From positions 47,554,001 to 47,618,000 of the forward strand of contig NC_043006.1 of the NCBI RefSeq assembly GCF_006345805.1: a stretch of DNA of 64,000 bases. Reading direction: 5' to 3'. This document shows, in pieces, positions 11,383 through 23,764 of this stretch. The stretch's first letter is position 1; the number at the start of each line of letters is the position of its first letter. The position numbers and the translations under genes are program-made. This DNA comes from Octopus sinensis (Eukaryota). A model generated the notes under the pieces. It was not told the origin of the DNA. It ran no database searches and was given only the letters and a program-made list of their open reading frames with translations.

Positions 11383-11797
11383 TATTTTACTTGCTTCAGT
11401 CATCAGACTGAGGCCATGCTGGAGCAGCGCATTGGAGGATTGACTGCAGTCAGTACTTATTTTTTTAAGCCTGGTAATTATTTTGTTGGTCACTTTTGCC
11501 GAACTGCTAGGTGTTGCAGGAGGTGGTGGGGGACAAACATAGAGACAAAGATACACACACCACATACACACGCGCATACACAGACACCTTAATATATATA
11601 TATATGTGAGTGTGTGTCTTTGTGTGTATGTACGACGGGCTTCTTTCAGTTTTCCTCTTCCAAATCGACTCACGTTTTGATCGGCCCGAAACTATTTTAG
11701 AAAGCACTTGTCCAATGTTCCACGCAGTGGTATTGAACCCAGAACCTAGTGGCTGGGAAAAAGTCTGCTTGACACACAACCAGGTCGGCTACTCTAC
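11383..11797 (-). mobile_element. SINE family A
   Basis: TTCAGTCATCAGACTGAGGCCATGCTGGAGC tail and TTTCAGTTTTCC...CACTTGTCCAA body; internal (CA)n(TA)n. Confidence 0.75.
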
Positions 11798-11905
11798 TCA
11801 ATCATTTTGATGAGACGGCTGGCGTCTGTCTATTTTAAGCCCACCTCATCATTTCTTTCTTTTATTATCTTCTACCTATTAGTTTTGCTCGTTTTCCCTT
11901 ATAGA

Positions 11906-12644
11906 CTTCTCTACTTCTTCTTCTTCTTCTTCTTCGTCTTCTTCTTCTTCTTCTTCTTCTTCTTTTTCTCCTTCCTCTCCTTCTTCTTCTGTTCTTCGTC
12001 TTGTTTTTCTTCTTCTTCGTCTCCTTCTTCTTTTCTTCTTCTTCTTCTTCTTCTTCTTCTTCTCTTCCTCTTATTTTCTTTTCTTTCTTTTTCTAGTCCT
12101 CTTCTGTTTTTCTACTTCTTCTTCTTCTTCTTCTTCTTCTTTCCTCCTCCTCCTCCTTCTTCTTCTTCTTCTTCTTCTCCTTCCTCTCCTTCTTCTTCTG
12201 TTCTTCGTCTTGTTTTTCTTCTTCTTCGTCTCCTTCTTTTCCTTCTTCTTCTTCTTCTTCCTCTTTCCTCCTCTATTTTCTTTTCTTCTTTTTCTTCTAC
12301 CCCTTCTTCCTCTTCTTCTCCTTTCTTTTCTTTCTTTCTTTTTCTTCTACACCTTCTCCCTCTCCTTTTTCTTCTTATTCTTCTTCTTCTTCCATTTCTT
12401 CATCCTCCTCCTCTTCTTCTTCTTCTTCTTCTTCTTCTTCTTCTTCGTCTTCTTTTCTCTCTCCTTCTGCTACTCATCTTCTTCTTCTTCTACTTCTTTT
12501 TCTCCTCCTCTCCTTCTTCTTCTGTTCTTTGTCTTGTTTTTCTTCTTCTTCGTCTCCTTCTTCTTTTCCTTATTCTTCTCTTCTTCTTCTTCTTCTCCTT
12601 CTGCTATTTCTTTTCTTCTTTTCTTTAGTCCTTTTCCTGTTTTC

Positions 12645-12675
<31 letters not shown>

Positions 12676-13110
12676 CTCCTCCTCCTCCGTCTTTCTTCTT
12701 CTTCTTCTTCTCCTTCCTCTCCTTCTTCTTCTGTTCTTCGTCTTGTTTTTCTTCTTCTTCGTCTCCTTCTTTTCCTTCTTCTTCTTCTTCTTCCTCTTCT
12801 CCTTCCTCTTATTTTCTTTTCTTTCTTTTTCTTCTACCCCTTCTTCCTCTTCTTCTTCCTTTTCTTTTCTTTTCTTTCTTTTTCTTCTACACCTTCTCCC
12901 TCTCCTTTTTCTTCTTCTTCTTTTCTTCTTCCATTTCTTCATCCTCCTCCTTTCTTCTTCTTCTTCTTCTTCTTCTTCTTCGTCTTCTTCTTCGTCTTCT
13001 TCTTTCTTCTTCTTCTCCTTCTTCACCTCCTCCTCCTCCGCTTTCTTCTTTTTCTGCTGTTGCTGATCCCCCACCCACCTACACCTTCTCCTCCTCCTCC
13101 ACCTTCTCTT
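11906..13110. repeat. ~1.2-kb polypyrimidine (CTT/CCT)n tract with ~533-bp higher-order duplication
   Basis: GTTCTT(C/T)GTC marker at 11991, 12200, 12524 and 12733; TAGTCC at about 12094 and 12626. Confidence 0.9.
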
Positions 13111-14499
13111 ACATTTATAGGTCTTGTCACCTCCCGATACAAGCAAAATACAAAACTTGGCAGACACACCATGCTAGAGCACATCTTTTGAAGCATGTCG
13201 CACAATGTGCTACTTTGGTGTTTAAAACCGAAAGTATTAACTTACTTTTCACGTTGAACTTTTGTGTGCAATATTAAAATACCGTGGTTCTGAAACAATT
13301 GTAACTGGTCATTAAAGATGCACTAAACTCATTTTGTCATCTTATTTGGATCTCAGATATTTATGCATAGGCATTAGTGTGTGTGTGAGTGTGTGCGTGT
13401 GCGTGTGCGTAGTTTGTGTTTCTAGGTGCGTGTAAGTGTGTGCGTGGTGTAATTCTGTATTTGTGTCCACGTACGTATGTACTTGAACGTTCTGCCGAAT
13501 TAATTATATATTCAAAAAAAAATAATATCCTTCAAATGGTGATATATATATCCGCCACACGTATTCTAGTATTCTGCAACTGTTTTTCACTTCAACAGAG
13601 CTACCAACATTTTCAATCTTACCGGCAGTCTCGAAAATAGATATTTTTAAAAAGCATTTCATGACACAAACAGAATATAAATTAAGCGGAAATTAGACGT
13701 GATAAGCAAATAATAGTTTTACGTATATAGTTCAATAGTAATAGAGCTTTAGTACATTTGCATGGTTGCTAGCTGTCATTCATTACAGATAGTCACAAAG
13801 TTTGAATAACAAGTAGCTTTGTTGAAATCGTATGGCAGACAGGCGTTTCTTTTTGTAATGTAAATTCTTGCCAGTACAGTTACGAATTTGAAGATCATCA
13901 TCATTATTATTATTGGGATTATTATTGCAGTTCTTTTTCATGGTTTCTGTTCTGTTGTTAGCATTATGGTTGTCAGTTACGGTCGTGTTTTTTTTACGAG
14001 ACCGTGAGACACAGATAAAAAGGAAGTATTAATTTCAAATTGATAGGTTTTATCATTTGAGTGTTTTTTCTCGCCTGAACCCAGAACTTATATTAATGTA
14101 AAGGCTTTTTTTATGCTGAACGTAAACATATACTTGGAGGCCACCACGTCCCCAAAAAGAAAATATTTTTCGTTTTGAAATTTGTGTGTGTGTAAGTGTG
14201 TTTGTGCGTGTATGTGTGTGTGCGTGTGTGTGCACGATTCTGCATGCAATCGTATATAAATATGTCTCCGGTAGGTGAGACACACTCATGCACTATACTA
14301 ACCAAATCTTCCTATTGTAAACTTCATCTCACCTGATGCATCATAGCATAAATTCGGAGATTTTGCTGGGTCGAACACCAAAACTTTGTAGCCCTCCTCC
14401 TGGCGATTGGGTTTGGCCCTTCTTCAGAAGCTAGAATGCTGACCTTCGTTCGGAAACGATCAGTATAATGTGTTGTCTCCCTACTTTATTTTTTGGAAC

Positions 14500-14900
14500 T
14501 TGACAATTCTATACCCACAATTGTTATATTTGTGGGTTGTGTAGAGCGTTCCATAAGATTTAGAATCATTCCAGGGTCGAACGTAACCAGAGATATGTCA
14601 CCTGGCAGAAAGAATGTTTTTAGGCCTGAACGGTGCACTTCGGGCTGTGCAATTCCACGATGGAGTTCTGCAGAGATGTAGTAATGAACAAGAACGGCGA
14701 TATTCTATGGAAAATTTTGGTTTTCGTCGATATTTTGGTTTGGCTCCTGGATGGTTCCCGGAAACCCCCGGTTTGCAGCGCTGACGGAAGGCATTGCTGG
14801 TTACGGAAAAAATAACAGCATGTGGAGCATCGTACTGATGTAAGCCGCGCCCTCCTGAGATGTGCGCAGAGCGACAAAAGTCTACTACGTGTGCTTGTAC
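14500..14900 (+). mobile_element. Possible Ty3/Gypsy RT relic
   Basis: 14633-14745 translates VHFGLCNSTMEFCRDVVMNKNGDILWKILVFVDILVW, resembling the Gypsy MPFGLCNAPATFQR.MN.VL.D.L.K.VLVYLDDIL motif. Flanks are not convincingly alignable. Confidence 0.4.
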
Positions 14901-15495
14901 ATTGCTTGAGCATTGTTGACATATAAACTTACGCCGAACAGCCGCTGTCATGTGTAAGAAGATCCTACCAAAGATTGACTCTAACGTACTGATCCATCGC
15001 TTCTTCCCTTAGTCGGTAACGCCGGTTAGTTTCCTGTATCTGGTGGCTATTACGAAAGGGATTGTATGGTTGACGCGACTGAAAGAGCTAAATATAATTA
15101 CTTGCTTTATCGTCTAAAGGCCACATTAAATTTTAAAATTTCTATTTGGAAAGCAATTCTGAATGAAGAGCGATGTTCTAGCACCAGAAAAAAAAACATA
15201 AAAAAGATCTGTGAATGTAGAGTAGATTGGTCTACACTAAGCGTGCGTCTGTAGATTGGAAATTATGAGGGGACACGTACTCGACATTCGCCGAAAATGC
15301 ATCACAGTGAGACTGACAACTGAAACATATGGTTGAGAAACTATCTTCTTACCACACATCCACGGTTGCAACTTTAACTAAGGCTCCCATGCCAAGAGGC
15401 GAAACCGAGCCGCCAGGGTGATTATTTTTAGCAAGACATTTGATGAATTTTTGTTGTCTTGTAATTCGTTACATATTTTATCTTTCAACAAGCAT

Positions 15496-15895
15496 GGGAG
15501 TGGCTATGTGGTAAATAGCTTGCTTACCAACCACATGGTTCCTGGTTCAGTCCCACTGCGTGGCACCTTGGGCAAGTGTCTTCTACTATAGCCTCGAGCC
15601 GAGCAAAGCCTTGAGTGGATTTGGTAGACGGAAACAGAAAGAAGCCCGTCGTATATATGTGTATATATATATGTATGTGTGTGTATATGTTTGTGTCTGT
15701 GTTTGTCCCACCCCAACATCGCTTGACAACCGATGCTGGTGGGTTTACGTCCCCATAACTTAGCGGTTCGGCAAAAGGCACCGATAGAATAAGTACTAGG
15801 TTTACAAAGAATAAGTCCAGGGTTCGATTTGCTCGACTAAAGGCGGTGTTCCAGCATGGCCACAGTCAAATGACTGAAACAGGTAAAAGAGTAAA
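15496..15895 (+). mobile_element. SINE family A, best-preserved full-length copy
   Basis: A box TGGCTATGTGG, B box GGTTCAGTCCC, CORE-like GGCACCTTGGGCAAGTGTCTT, internal (TA/TG)n, 3' GGCGGTGTTCCAGCATGGCCACAGTCAAATGACTGAAAC. Confidence 0.9.
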
Positions 15896-17096
15896 GCAAT
15901 AAGATTGCCAATGTTTTAAAAGCAAAGTTTTGTTTTTGTCCATGTTAACAGTGTGATAGTAAAGAACTGTCTCCTAATATCAGCATTCAAGAAAACTCTA
16001 CGTAAGTTCTGGTGTAAGATTTTTTATCGTGAATACATAAGGTGAAATATATCCATTTCAATATGCTTCTTTGTATTATCTAAATATTCAAACGTGTTTC
16101 AACATCTATGTAATTATCTCGATATCTCGATATCACTAAAATAGAGTTTCACTGGAAAACTTCGATTTAAAAAAAATATAATCCATAGTGTTATTCGATT
16201 TGAAATAAAATGTTGCGGAGTTTTTGAGTGCTTAAAAATTCTACGTTTGAAACAGAAGTTTCCTAAAATTGTATGGGGATTATCCATAAGTATTTTGGAG
16301 ATATAACGTAAATTAGGGTAAACAAAACCCAGATATAGCTGCTCCAATACAGAAAATGATGACATTAAAATATTTGTCAATGAGATAAAATTAATCTTAT
16401 GTAATCTTCCAAAGTTAGTGGATTTCAGTTGCAATGAATGTATTTAATCAAAACAGAGGAACAAATTGTTCAGTATCAACGTGTTTCTTTATAAGTCTAT
16501 TTGTTGCTATTTCTGTCGCCTTCAGTCTAGATTAATGCGATGCCGGAGTGTGAACAGCAGCTCATACTCTATTATTATGTTGCATCGATGACCAAATATT
16601 TAACTTTAAGCATGATCTGCTCCACCAAGCTGATAATTGATACTACGAGTAAAAAACAAGAAGTCATTAACGAGGCTAGGGAACAGTCGTTAACATTGTA
16701 GCCTAAGTACTTAACCTTTTATTGTTTTAATTTGGAGGCATGTTCCCAAATCATTACATGAATGTTATTTGAAGACGAATGTCATGGGAAAAACGAATTA
16801 TTTTCCATTCAGGAAAATAGCATTTTATTTCTAAGTGTGGAAACTTTTTAGCATTTCTAAATATTTCTAAATATCCAATATACACATACATGGGAAAACT
16901 CACTATCTGAAAGTATAGATCTTCAACTCAAGGACACCGCTCTGTCGAAGATGCCACATCGTAACAATGTGCAGAAATTAAATATGGAGCGACATACTTA
17001 GTGCCCAATATGGAATTCCAGTTAACTACATGAAGTCTGCATATAATATAATTGTCTCCAACCATTTGCGGCCCATCATCTTCATTTTCCCTATTT

Positions 17097-17152
17097 GTCT
17101 CTGATGACGGAATACCCCATACTAGGGAATATCTCAGAAACAGCTGTCAGAC
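17097..17152 (+). ncRNA. Minimal type I hammerhead ribozyme (Penelope-like element type)
   Basis: Stem I GTCT/AGAC, core CTGATGA (17101-17107), imperfect stem II, GAA + palindromic ACAGCTGT + C (GUC cleavage triplet at 17146-17148). Confidence 0.7.
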
Positions 17153-17234
17153 TTTGAATTTTTTCCAATAATAATATCGTATACGACGTGAGGTGTTTGC
17201 CGTGCCTTAATATTTGTTATTCTCTTTACGATTG

Positions 17235-17287
<53 letters not shown>

Positions 17288-17422
17288 AGAGAGACAGAGA
17301 GAGAGAGGTAACAGAATATAAGGATAAAAATCATAAGGGTTTTTTTATAAGATAGCATGCAATAAAGATTTTAAGGCAAATTATATATTAAATTGATAAT
17401 AATATACATATATATATTATAG

Positions 17423-17471
<49 letters not shown>

Positions 17472-17515
17472 TGTGTATGTGTGTATGTCTGTGTATATAT
17501 ATATATGTATATATA

Positions 17516-17748
17516 CACGAGCTGGCAGAATCGTTAGCTCTCCGGGCGAAATGCTTAGTGGTATTTCGTCTTGCGTTACGTTCTGAGTTCAAATTCCTCT
17601 GAGGTCGATTTTGCCTTTCATCCTTTCGGAGTCGATAAAGTACCAGTTTCGCACTAGGATCGATGTAATCGACTTAATCCATTTGTCTGTCCTTGTTTGT
17701 CCCCTCTATGTTTAACCCCTTGTGGGCAATATAGAAATAAAAGAAATA
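17516..17748 (+). mobile_element. SINE family B monomer with GTCTGTCCTTGTTTGTCC-type end
   Basis: GAGCTGGCAGAATCGTTAGC head, GAGTTCAAATTCC, TTGCCTTTCATCCTTTCGG; flanked by (TA)n. Confidence 0.85.
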
Positions 17749-17789
17749 TATATGTATATATATATATTCTTACACACACACACACACAC

Positions 17790-17854
<65 letters not shown>

Positions 17855-18039
17855 GAAATTCCAACTTTGATTTACACGTTTTGTTTACAATCTTATAATT
17901 ATATAATATAGGATAATATGACATAATGAAATGACAGAATATTAAATGTCCATTCTGATTGAACTAGTACTTTCATGCATTAAACTATGTAATCTTCAGG
18001 TTCATGTAGGATTGGCCATTACTCTTTTTTAATGGCCAT

Positions 18040-18830
18040 ACTTATGTAATTGGATTTTGATGAAGGAAGATTTTCGACATTGCTACTCTCTTTTGAGTTT
18101 CTTGGTGTGGTCTATATTCATTCCTGTAGAAACATGGACAGAAAAAAAGTGAAATTGTTTCTTGTAAATCCTACTGCATGTAGATGCATCAGTTGGGGTC
18201 TCTTGAAAACTTTACGTAATTTATGTACATACCTTAAGTGTTTTGGCAAGTTATTAAATAGCTGTGAGCAGTTGAAGCCCAAGCTCTTGTAATACATGGT
18301 CACTATCTTGACGGAACAGGTGGGAACTTTTGAACTGTGCAGTAACATCCAGTTCGGCGAATCCGAAGTTTTGTGCCAATCCCTCCATGATCTTTCATAT
18401 ATTTATCACTGCATAGCTGTCAGGTCTTCGGGTCTTAGCTCTGAGAGTAGAGTCGTAGCTCCTTCAGTCCCTTCCAATAGGGCACATGTTCCCAATAGGG
18501 CACAGGCAATCTTCCTGGCGTAGCACTACTGAATTGCCTCAAGTTCCGCTATTTATTTAACACTGTGGTATGACCAGAGTTGAGACCAGTAATACCAGTA
18601 ATACGGCTGATTACAAATGTCCTCCAGAGAACCAGCATAGCTTCCTGGTCTCTTGTTCAGAAAGTTTTCAGAATTCATCCGACCAGTCACCTGCATATTG
18701 TCACCATATTACTGATATGTAGATGAAACGAGACTTTGTTGATTATATCAATACCCAGATCGCGCAGTGTATTTTTCTCTGTGTTTAACCGCAACTTTTG
18801 ATCCAAAGTGTCATTGTTGAATCATATGAA
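18040..18830 (-). mobile_element. Old CR1-group LINE 3' fragment
   Basis: Minus-strand translation gives TRDQEAMLVLWRTFVISR, YWSQLWS..VK*IAELEAIQ*CYARKIA and SLGFNCSQLFNNLPKHLR; many stops. Confidence 0.8.
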
Positions 18831-19543
18831 CACAATCTAACTAATAGCAGTGGAATTGGAATTTGCATGTATCAAATTGCATGTTGTTTTATTCAACCCG
18901 TTTATAAATGGAAGCTAGGTCTTTCTGTATAAGATTAACATTGAAAGATTTCTTGGCTGTCCCTACTATTCTCTTTTCGTGGCCATAAAACTTTTGTGTC
19001 ACGCTATCTGCGTAAAATGCAGCAAGCCCGAAAGAGTTACCATAACCAAAGACATCTTTTGTTTTTCTTTTGTCTTTTGTTTCAATCATTGGAATATGAT
19101 CTTAATCACGCAACTGTACTTATGCCGTTACCCATGTGTGTGTGTTTCTCCGCGTGAGTGTATATGTGTGTGTATGTGCACACGTGTGTCGGTGTTTAGT
19201 TTTACATACACTATTTCCTTAAAACTAAATATATTGTTCCATTATACATTGTATACATAAATACAAGCACACTTATATGAATACACACAAACATAAACAT
19301 ACACACACACATATATTGTTATATGTATGACTGTAATATATATATAGTTAATCCAAACATGAAAACACAAAGAGAAAACACAACAACGCGAGGACGTGGA
19401 ACAAGTATAGTGTTATTGGACGCTACACATATTTATATTGTGTGTATATATATACATATATATTGAAGACTAAATAGAAGTATCTTCATACCATACATAT
19501 ATATGTACACAAACATACACAAAATAGGTATATGTGCTATATA

Positions 19544-19575
<32 letters not shown>

Positions 19576-20315
19576 TATGTGTGTGTGTGTGTGTGGTGTG
19601 TACATACATAAGTATGTAAGAATATATGCATATATATATATGTATGTATGTTTCACGTTTGTTTGTCGTTTTGTGAATCACCACCAAAGACACAACCTCA
19701 CTCTTGCGTTTATTCGACAGTGTGATGTCTTTACAATTAAGATTTATAAGAAGACACATCTCTGCTTGTTACAATAAAACTTCCTCCCAATTAATTTGAA
19801 GGGGATTCAGTTGAATAGTGTTTAAAATAATCAAATTTTCATATCCACTTGACTATTTAAGAATTTATTCTACAACACACACTTTCATATTCACTTCTAA
19901 TGAGAGTTTGAGAGATTCTTTTATTCGTGTTTCTCTCGAACGCCATGTTACATGTTGCTGTATCGTCATGTATGATAAAATTGAATACATTCACTTTAAG
20001 CAGACATTTCATGTTTCCATTCTGATGGCAAGATGCAATAAATTAGTATTTTAAAAGTCAATTCATGTTAGCTGGCATTCGAATTGCGTTAGCGGATTCA
20101 AGTAGGCGACGCGATCAGCTGTATATTGGCAGCTCTTCAAGAGATTGCGCGGAACGAAGTTAATTTGGCATTTAGATTCACGGTGAGCGACGAAGATAGT
20201 ATTAATACTTAAGAGCGTTTATTGTTGGAGGAGAGGTTGTGTACAACGCGTTTGCTATGAACAGTGTCATTGACTAAGTAAGATAGCCACATACATGAAC
20301 GTATGCGTGTTTATC

Positions 20316-20354
<39 letters not shown>

Positions 20355-20380
20355 CACACACACACACACATATATATATA

Positions 20381-20780
20381 GGGGTAGGAGTGACTGTGTG
20401 GTAAGTAGCTTGCTAAACAACGACATGGTTCCGGGTTCAGTCCTACAGCGTGGCACCTTGGTCAAGTGTTTTCTACTTTAGCCTCAGGCCGACCAAATCC
20501 TTGTGAGTGGATTTGGTAGACGGAATCTGAAAGAAGCCCGTCGTATATATGTACATGTATGTGTATGTTTGTGTGTCTGTGTTTGCCCCACCCCCACCCC
20601 AACATCGCTTCACAACCGATGCTGGTGTGTTTAGTCCCCGTATCTTAGCGGTTCGGCAAAAGAGACCGATAGAATAAGTACTAGGCTTACAAAAAATAAG
20701 TCTTGGGGTCCATTTGCTCGAGTAAATGTGGTGCTGCAACATGGCCATAGTCAAATGACTGAAACGAGTAAAAAAGTAAA
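20381..20780 (+). mobile_element. SINE family A inserted in (TA)n
   Basis: Full-length match to 15496-15895; (TA)n on both flanks. Confidence 0.9.
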
Positions 20781-20822
<42 letters not shown>

Positions 20823-21034
20823 GGTGAGAAAGTTGGTGTGTGAAAGCACGTGGTTGAATATATAGAAAATAGTAAAAAGTGAAAACACTTTTTTCATACA
20901 GTGACATAGTTTTTGCAAAAACTATGTCACTGTATGAAAAACAATTATAACATTCTTCTGACATAATGACTCAAATATATATTTTTTAACCTTTAAATAA
21001 AAACAGCCTTCTGTAGTTTTTTCACTTTTTACTA

Positions 21035-21119
<85 letters not shown>

Positions 21120-21127
21120 GTGTGCCT

Positions 21128-21544
21128 ATTCTTTTATTCTGTTACTCTTTTGTATCTTTCAGTCATTTGACTGCGGCCATGCTGGAACACCACCTTTTTA
21201 GACGAACAAATCAACCCGAAGACTTAATATTTCTAAGCCTAGTACTTATTTTATCTTTTGTCGAATCGATAATTTTCAAACGGTTGTCAAACGATGATGT
21301 GGGGACAAACGCAGGTACACAAACCCCCCCCCCCCACAGACACACACCCACACTCACACACACACACATATACATATAGACGACGGGCGTCTTTCAGTTT
21401 CCGTCTACCAAATGCACTCACAAGACTTTGGTTGGTCCGAGGCTATAGCAGAAACACTTGCCCAAGTTGCCATATATTGGGACTGAACCCAAAATCATTT
21501 GGTTAGTAAGCAAGCGAGTTACCACTTAGCCACTCCTACGCCTA
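21128..21544 (-). mobile_element. SINE family A
   Basis: Full-length reverse-complement match; tail-to-tail with 20381-20780. Confidence 0.85.
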
Positions 21545-21989
21545 TTCTTGCATTTATATTAATATTGTGAAGACTACACGTGCAAAGACAAATATTTACT
21601 ACACAAATCTACACATAAACACACACACATACCACACACACACAAACTCACACTCACATGTGTGTGTATATATGTATATCTATATACAGAGAGCATGTAT
21701 TCATGTATGTACATATATGCAAATGGACAGACAGACAGACAGACAAACGAATAGACAAATGACAGACATGTAGAAAAATAGATAGATAGAGAGACAGGCA
21801 GACGGGTAGATCGACGAATAGATCGACTGATGGATTTATAGATAGATGGACAGACAGACAGATCGATCGATCGGTAGATCGATAGATAATTAAATAGAGG
21901 GAGGGAGTTTGCGGGAGAGAAAGAGAAAGAGAGAGAGAAATGGATAGAGTGATGCAGAGAAGGAGAGAGAGAGAGGGAGAGAGGGAGGA

Positions 21990-22345
21990 TTGTGATATAT
22001 AAATTGTTAAATAAATTTTAGAAAGGTATGGCTACAATTATACAAGCAGCGTCATGAGAAGTTGACATTTAAGATGCGCGATAAATGATAGGAAGAACGA
22101 AAGACCATGTACGAGAGAAATAATGTGTCAACGTAATGAAAATATTTAGCTTTGGAAAATAAGGACAATTGAGAAAAGAATTAGTGAGGTAACAATGACA
22201 TAGAGTAAGTGTTCAGATGTCTGGAATGAACCAAGTATGGATGTCTAGAAATAGTAGGGATCTCTAGCATGAACTAAAAAAGAACTTAAAATTCTCAACA
22301 GTGCAGTCACAAAAGAAACGCAAAAAGCACACTGCATTTAAAAGG
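21990..22345 (-). mobile_element. Possible decayed CR1/L2-group LINE 3' end
   Basis: Minus strand SRHPYLVHSRHLNTYSMSLL resembles the C-terminal HPY..R...YS.SF motif; heavily decayed. Confidence 0.25.
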
Positions 22346-22607
22346 TAGAGTATATCTATTTTTGATTTGCGGTATATATTTACTTTATGTTGAAAATAAT
22401 CCTACGTATCAGTTCGCATTACTTTCCTCATGAGGAAACATGTGAAACTTTTAATGTTAGGATTATGTTCAGAATGAAAAGAATGATTACACCATTTCAC
22501 ACACAAGCACGCACGCCCACGCACACACATCATATGTTTGTGTGTATGTATGTATATATATATATATACACATATAAATACATACATACATACACACACA
22601 CATATAT

Positions 22608-22668
<61 letters not shown>

Positions 22669-22872
22669 TATAACCACATTAATGTGATTTTAGAGTCAAG
22701 TTTTGGCTGCTATTTCAAGCGTGGTGGTATCTCTCAGATACCCTAAATTATAATTTTAATAATACTTATTACCTTTGAAGGTTTTTATTCCCATGCTGGC
22801 CACTTGATAAATTCGATATTTAAATAACGATCTTATCTTTATTTATAGTAAATTTATATATATATATATATA

Positions 22873-22915
<43 letters not shown>

Positions 22916-23728
22916 ATATATATGTATATGTATATGTATATATATACATATATACATGTATATGTATATATATACATATATACATATATACATATATAAA
23001 TAGATAGATATACATACATATATATATATATGTGTGTGTGTAAACGTGTGTGTATATGTGTGTCTTTTTATTTTTTACTCATAAATCTTTCACTGAAGAA
23101 GGAATCAGCTTCCAACAAAGATACATGGCTCCATATTTGGGATGTAATAAATACAAACAAAGTGTATGTACGTATGTATGTACGTATGTATGAATGTATG
23201 TATGTATGTATGTATGTATGTATGTATGTATGTACGTACGTATGTATGTTTTTGTATATATACAAATAACAACAGATATATATGTCAATTCTCTGCAGAT
23301 ATTTCCAACGAATTTTTAAGTGATTAATGAAGATATTACATCATTTAAGTGCCTTGTTATATATGTTATAAAAGCCTGTAAATCTTGATAAATACAGCTA
23401 CTCAGTGTTTCCTGGTCAAAATAATAATTTATTTTCCTTTTTTTTCAACCTAAGGACAAGACCGTAGATCAGTTGTCTTTTGAGCAGATAAATCTTAAAA
23501 CAAGATGTCTGATGTCTAACGTCAAATTTGTTCTAATCGAGTATGTCGAGACGTATTCTAACATTGAAAATATCACTATTTAACGGGTGTAAAGTAGAGA
23601 TGTAAGTATTTAGAAATGTAAGGTGAGGGTTATGAGAAAAACGGTTTTTCGGTACCGGAATACAATTTGAGTTGTTACGCATTAAATTCTGTTGTGCTAT
23701 AGGCCAGTTCAGTCATCCTACGGATAAG

Positions 23729-23731
<3 letters not shown>

Positions 23732-23764
<33 letters not shown>

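Noticed and set aside
11807-13277. Long F/S/L-rich (+) and E/K/R-rich (-) ORFs up to 355 aa
   Set aside because: A pyrimidine-only strand cannot contain stop codons, so long ORFs are expected by composition.
14405-14432. Minus-strand CTGAAGAAGGGCCAAACCCAATCG
   Set aside because: Lacks the GAAA core and stem III.
19360-19426. AAACATGAAAACACAAAGAGAAAACACAACAACGCGAGGACGTGGAAC, probably a truncated interspersed repeat
   Set aside because: Single short copy in the window; the family assignment rests only on uncertain recollection.
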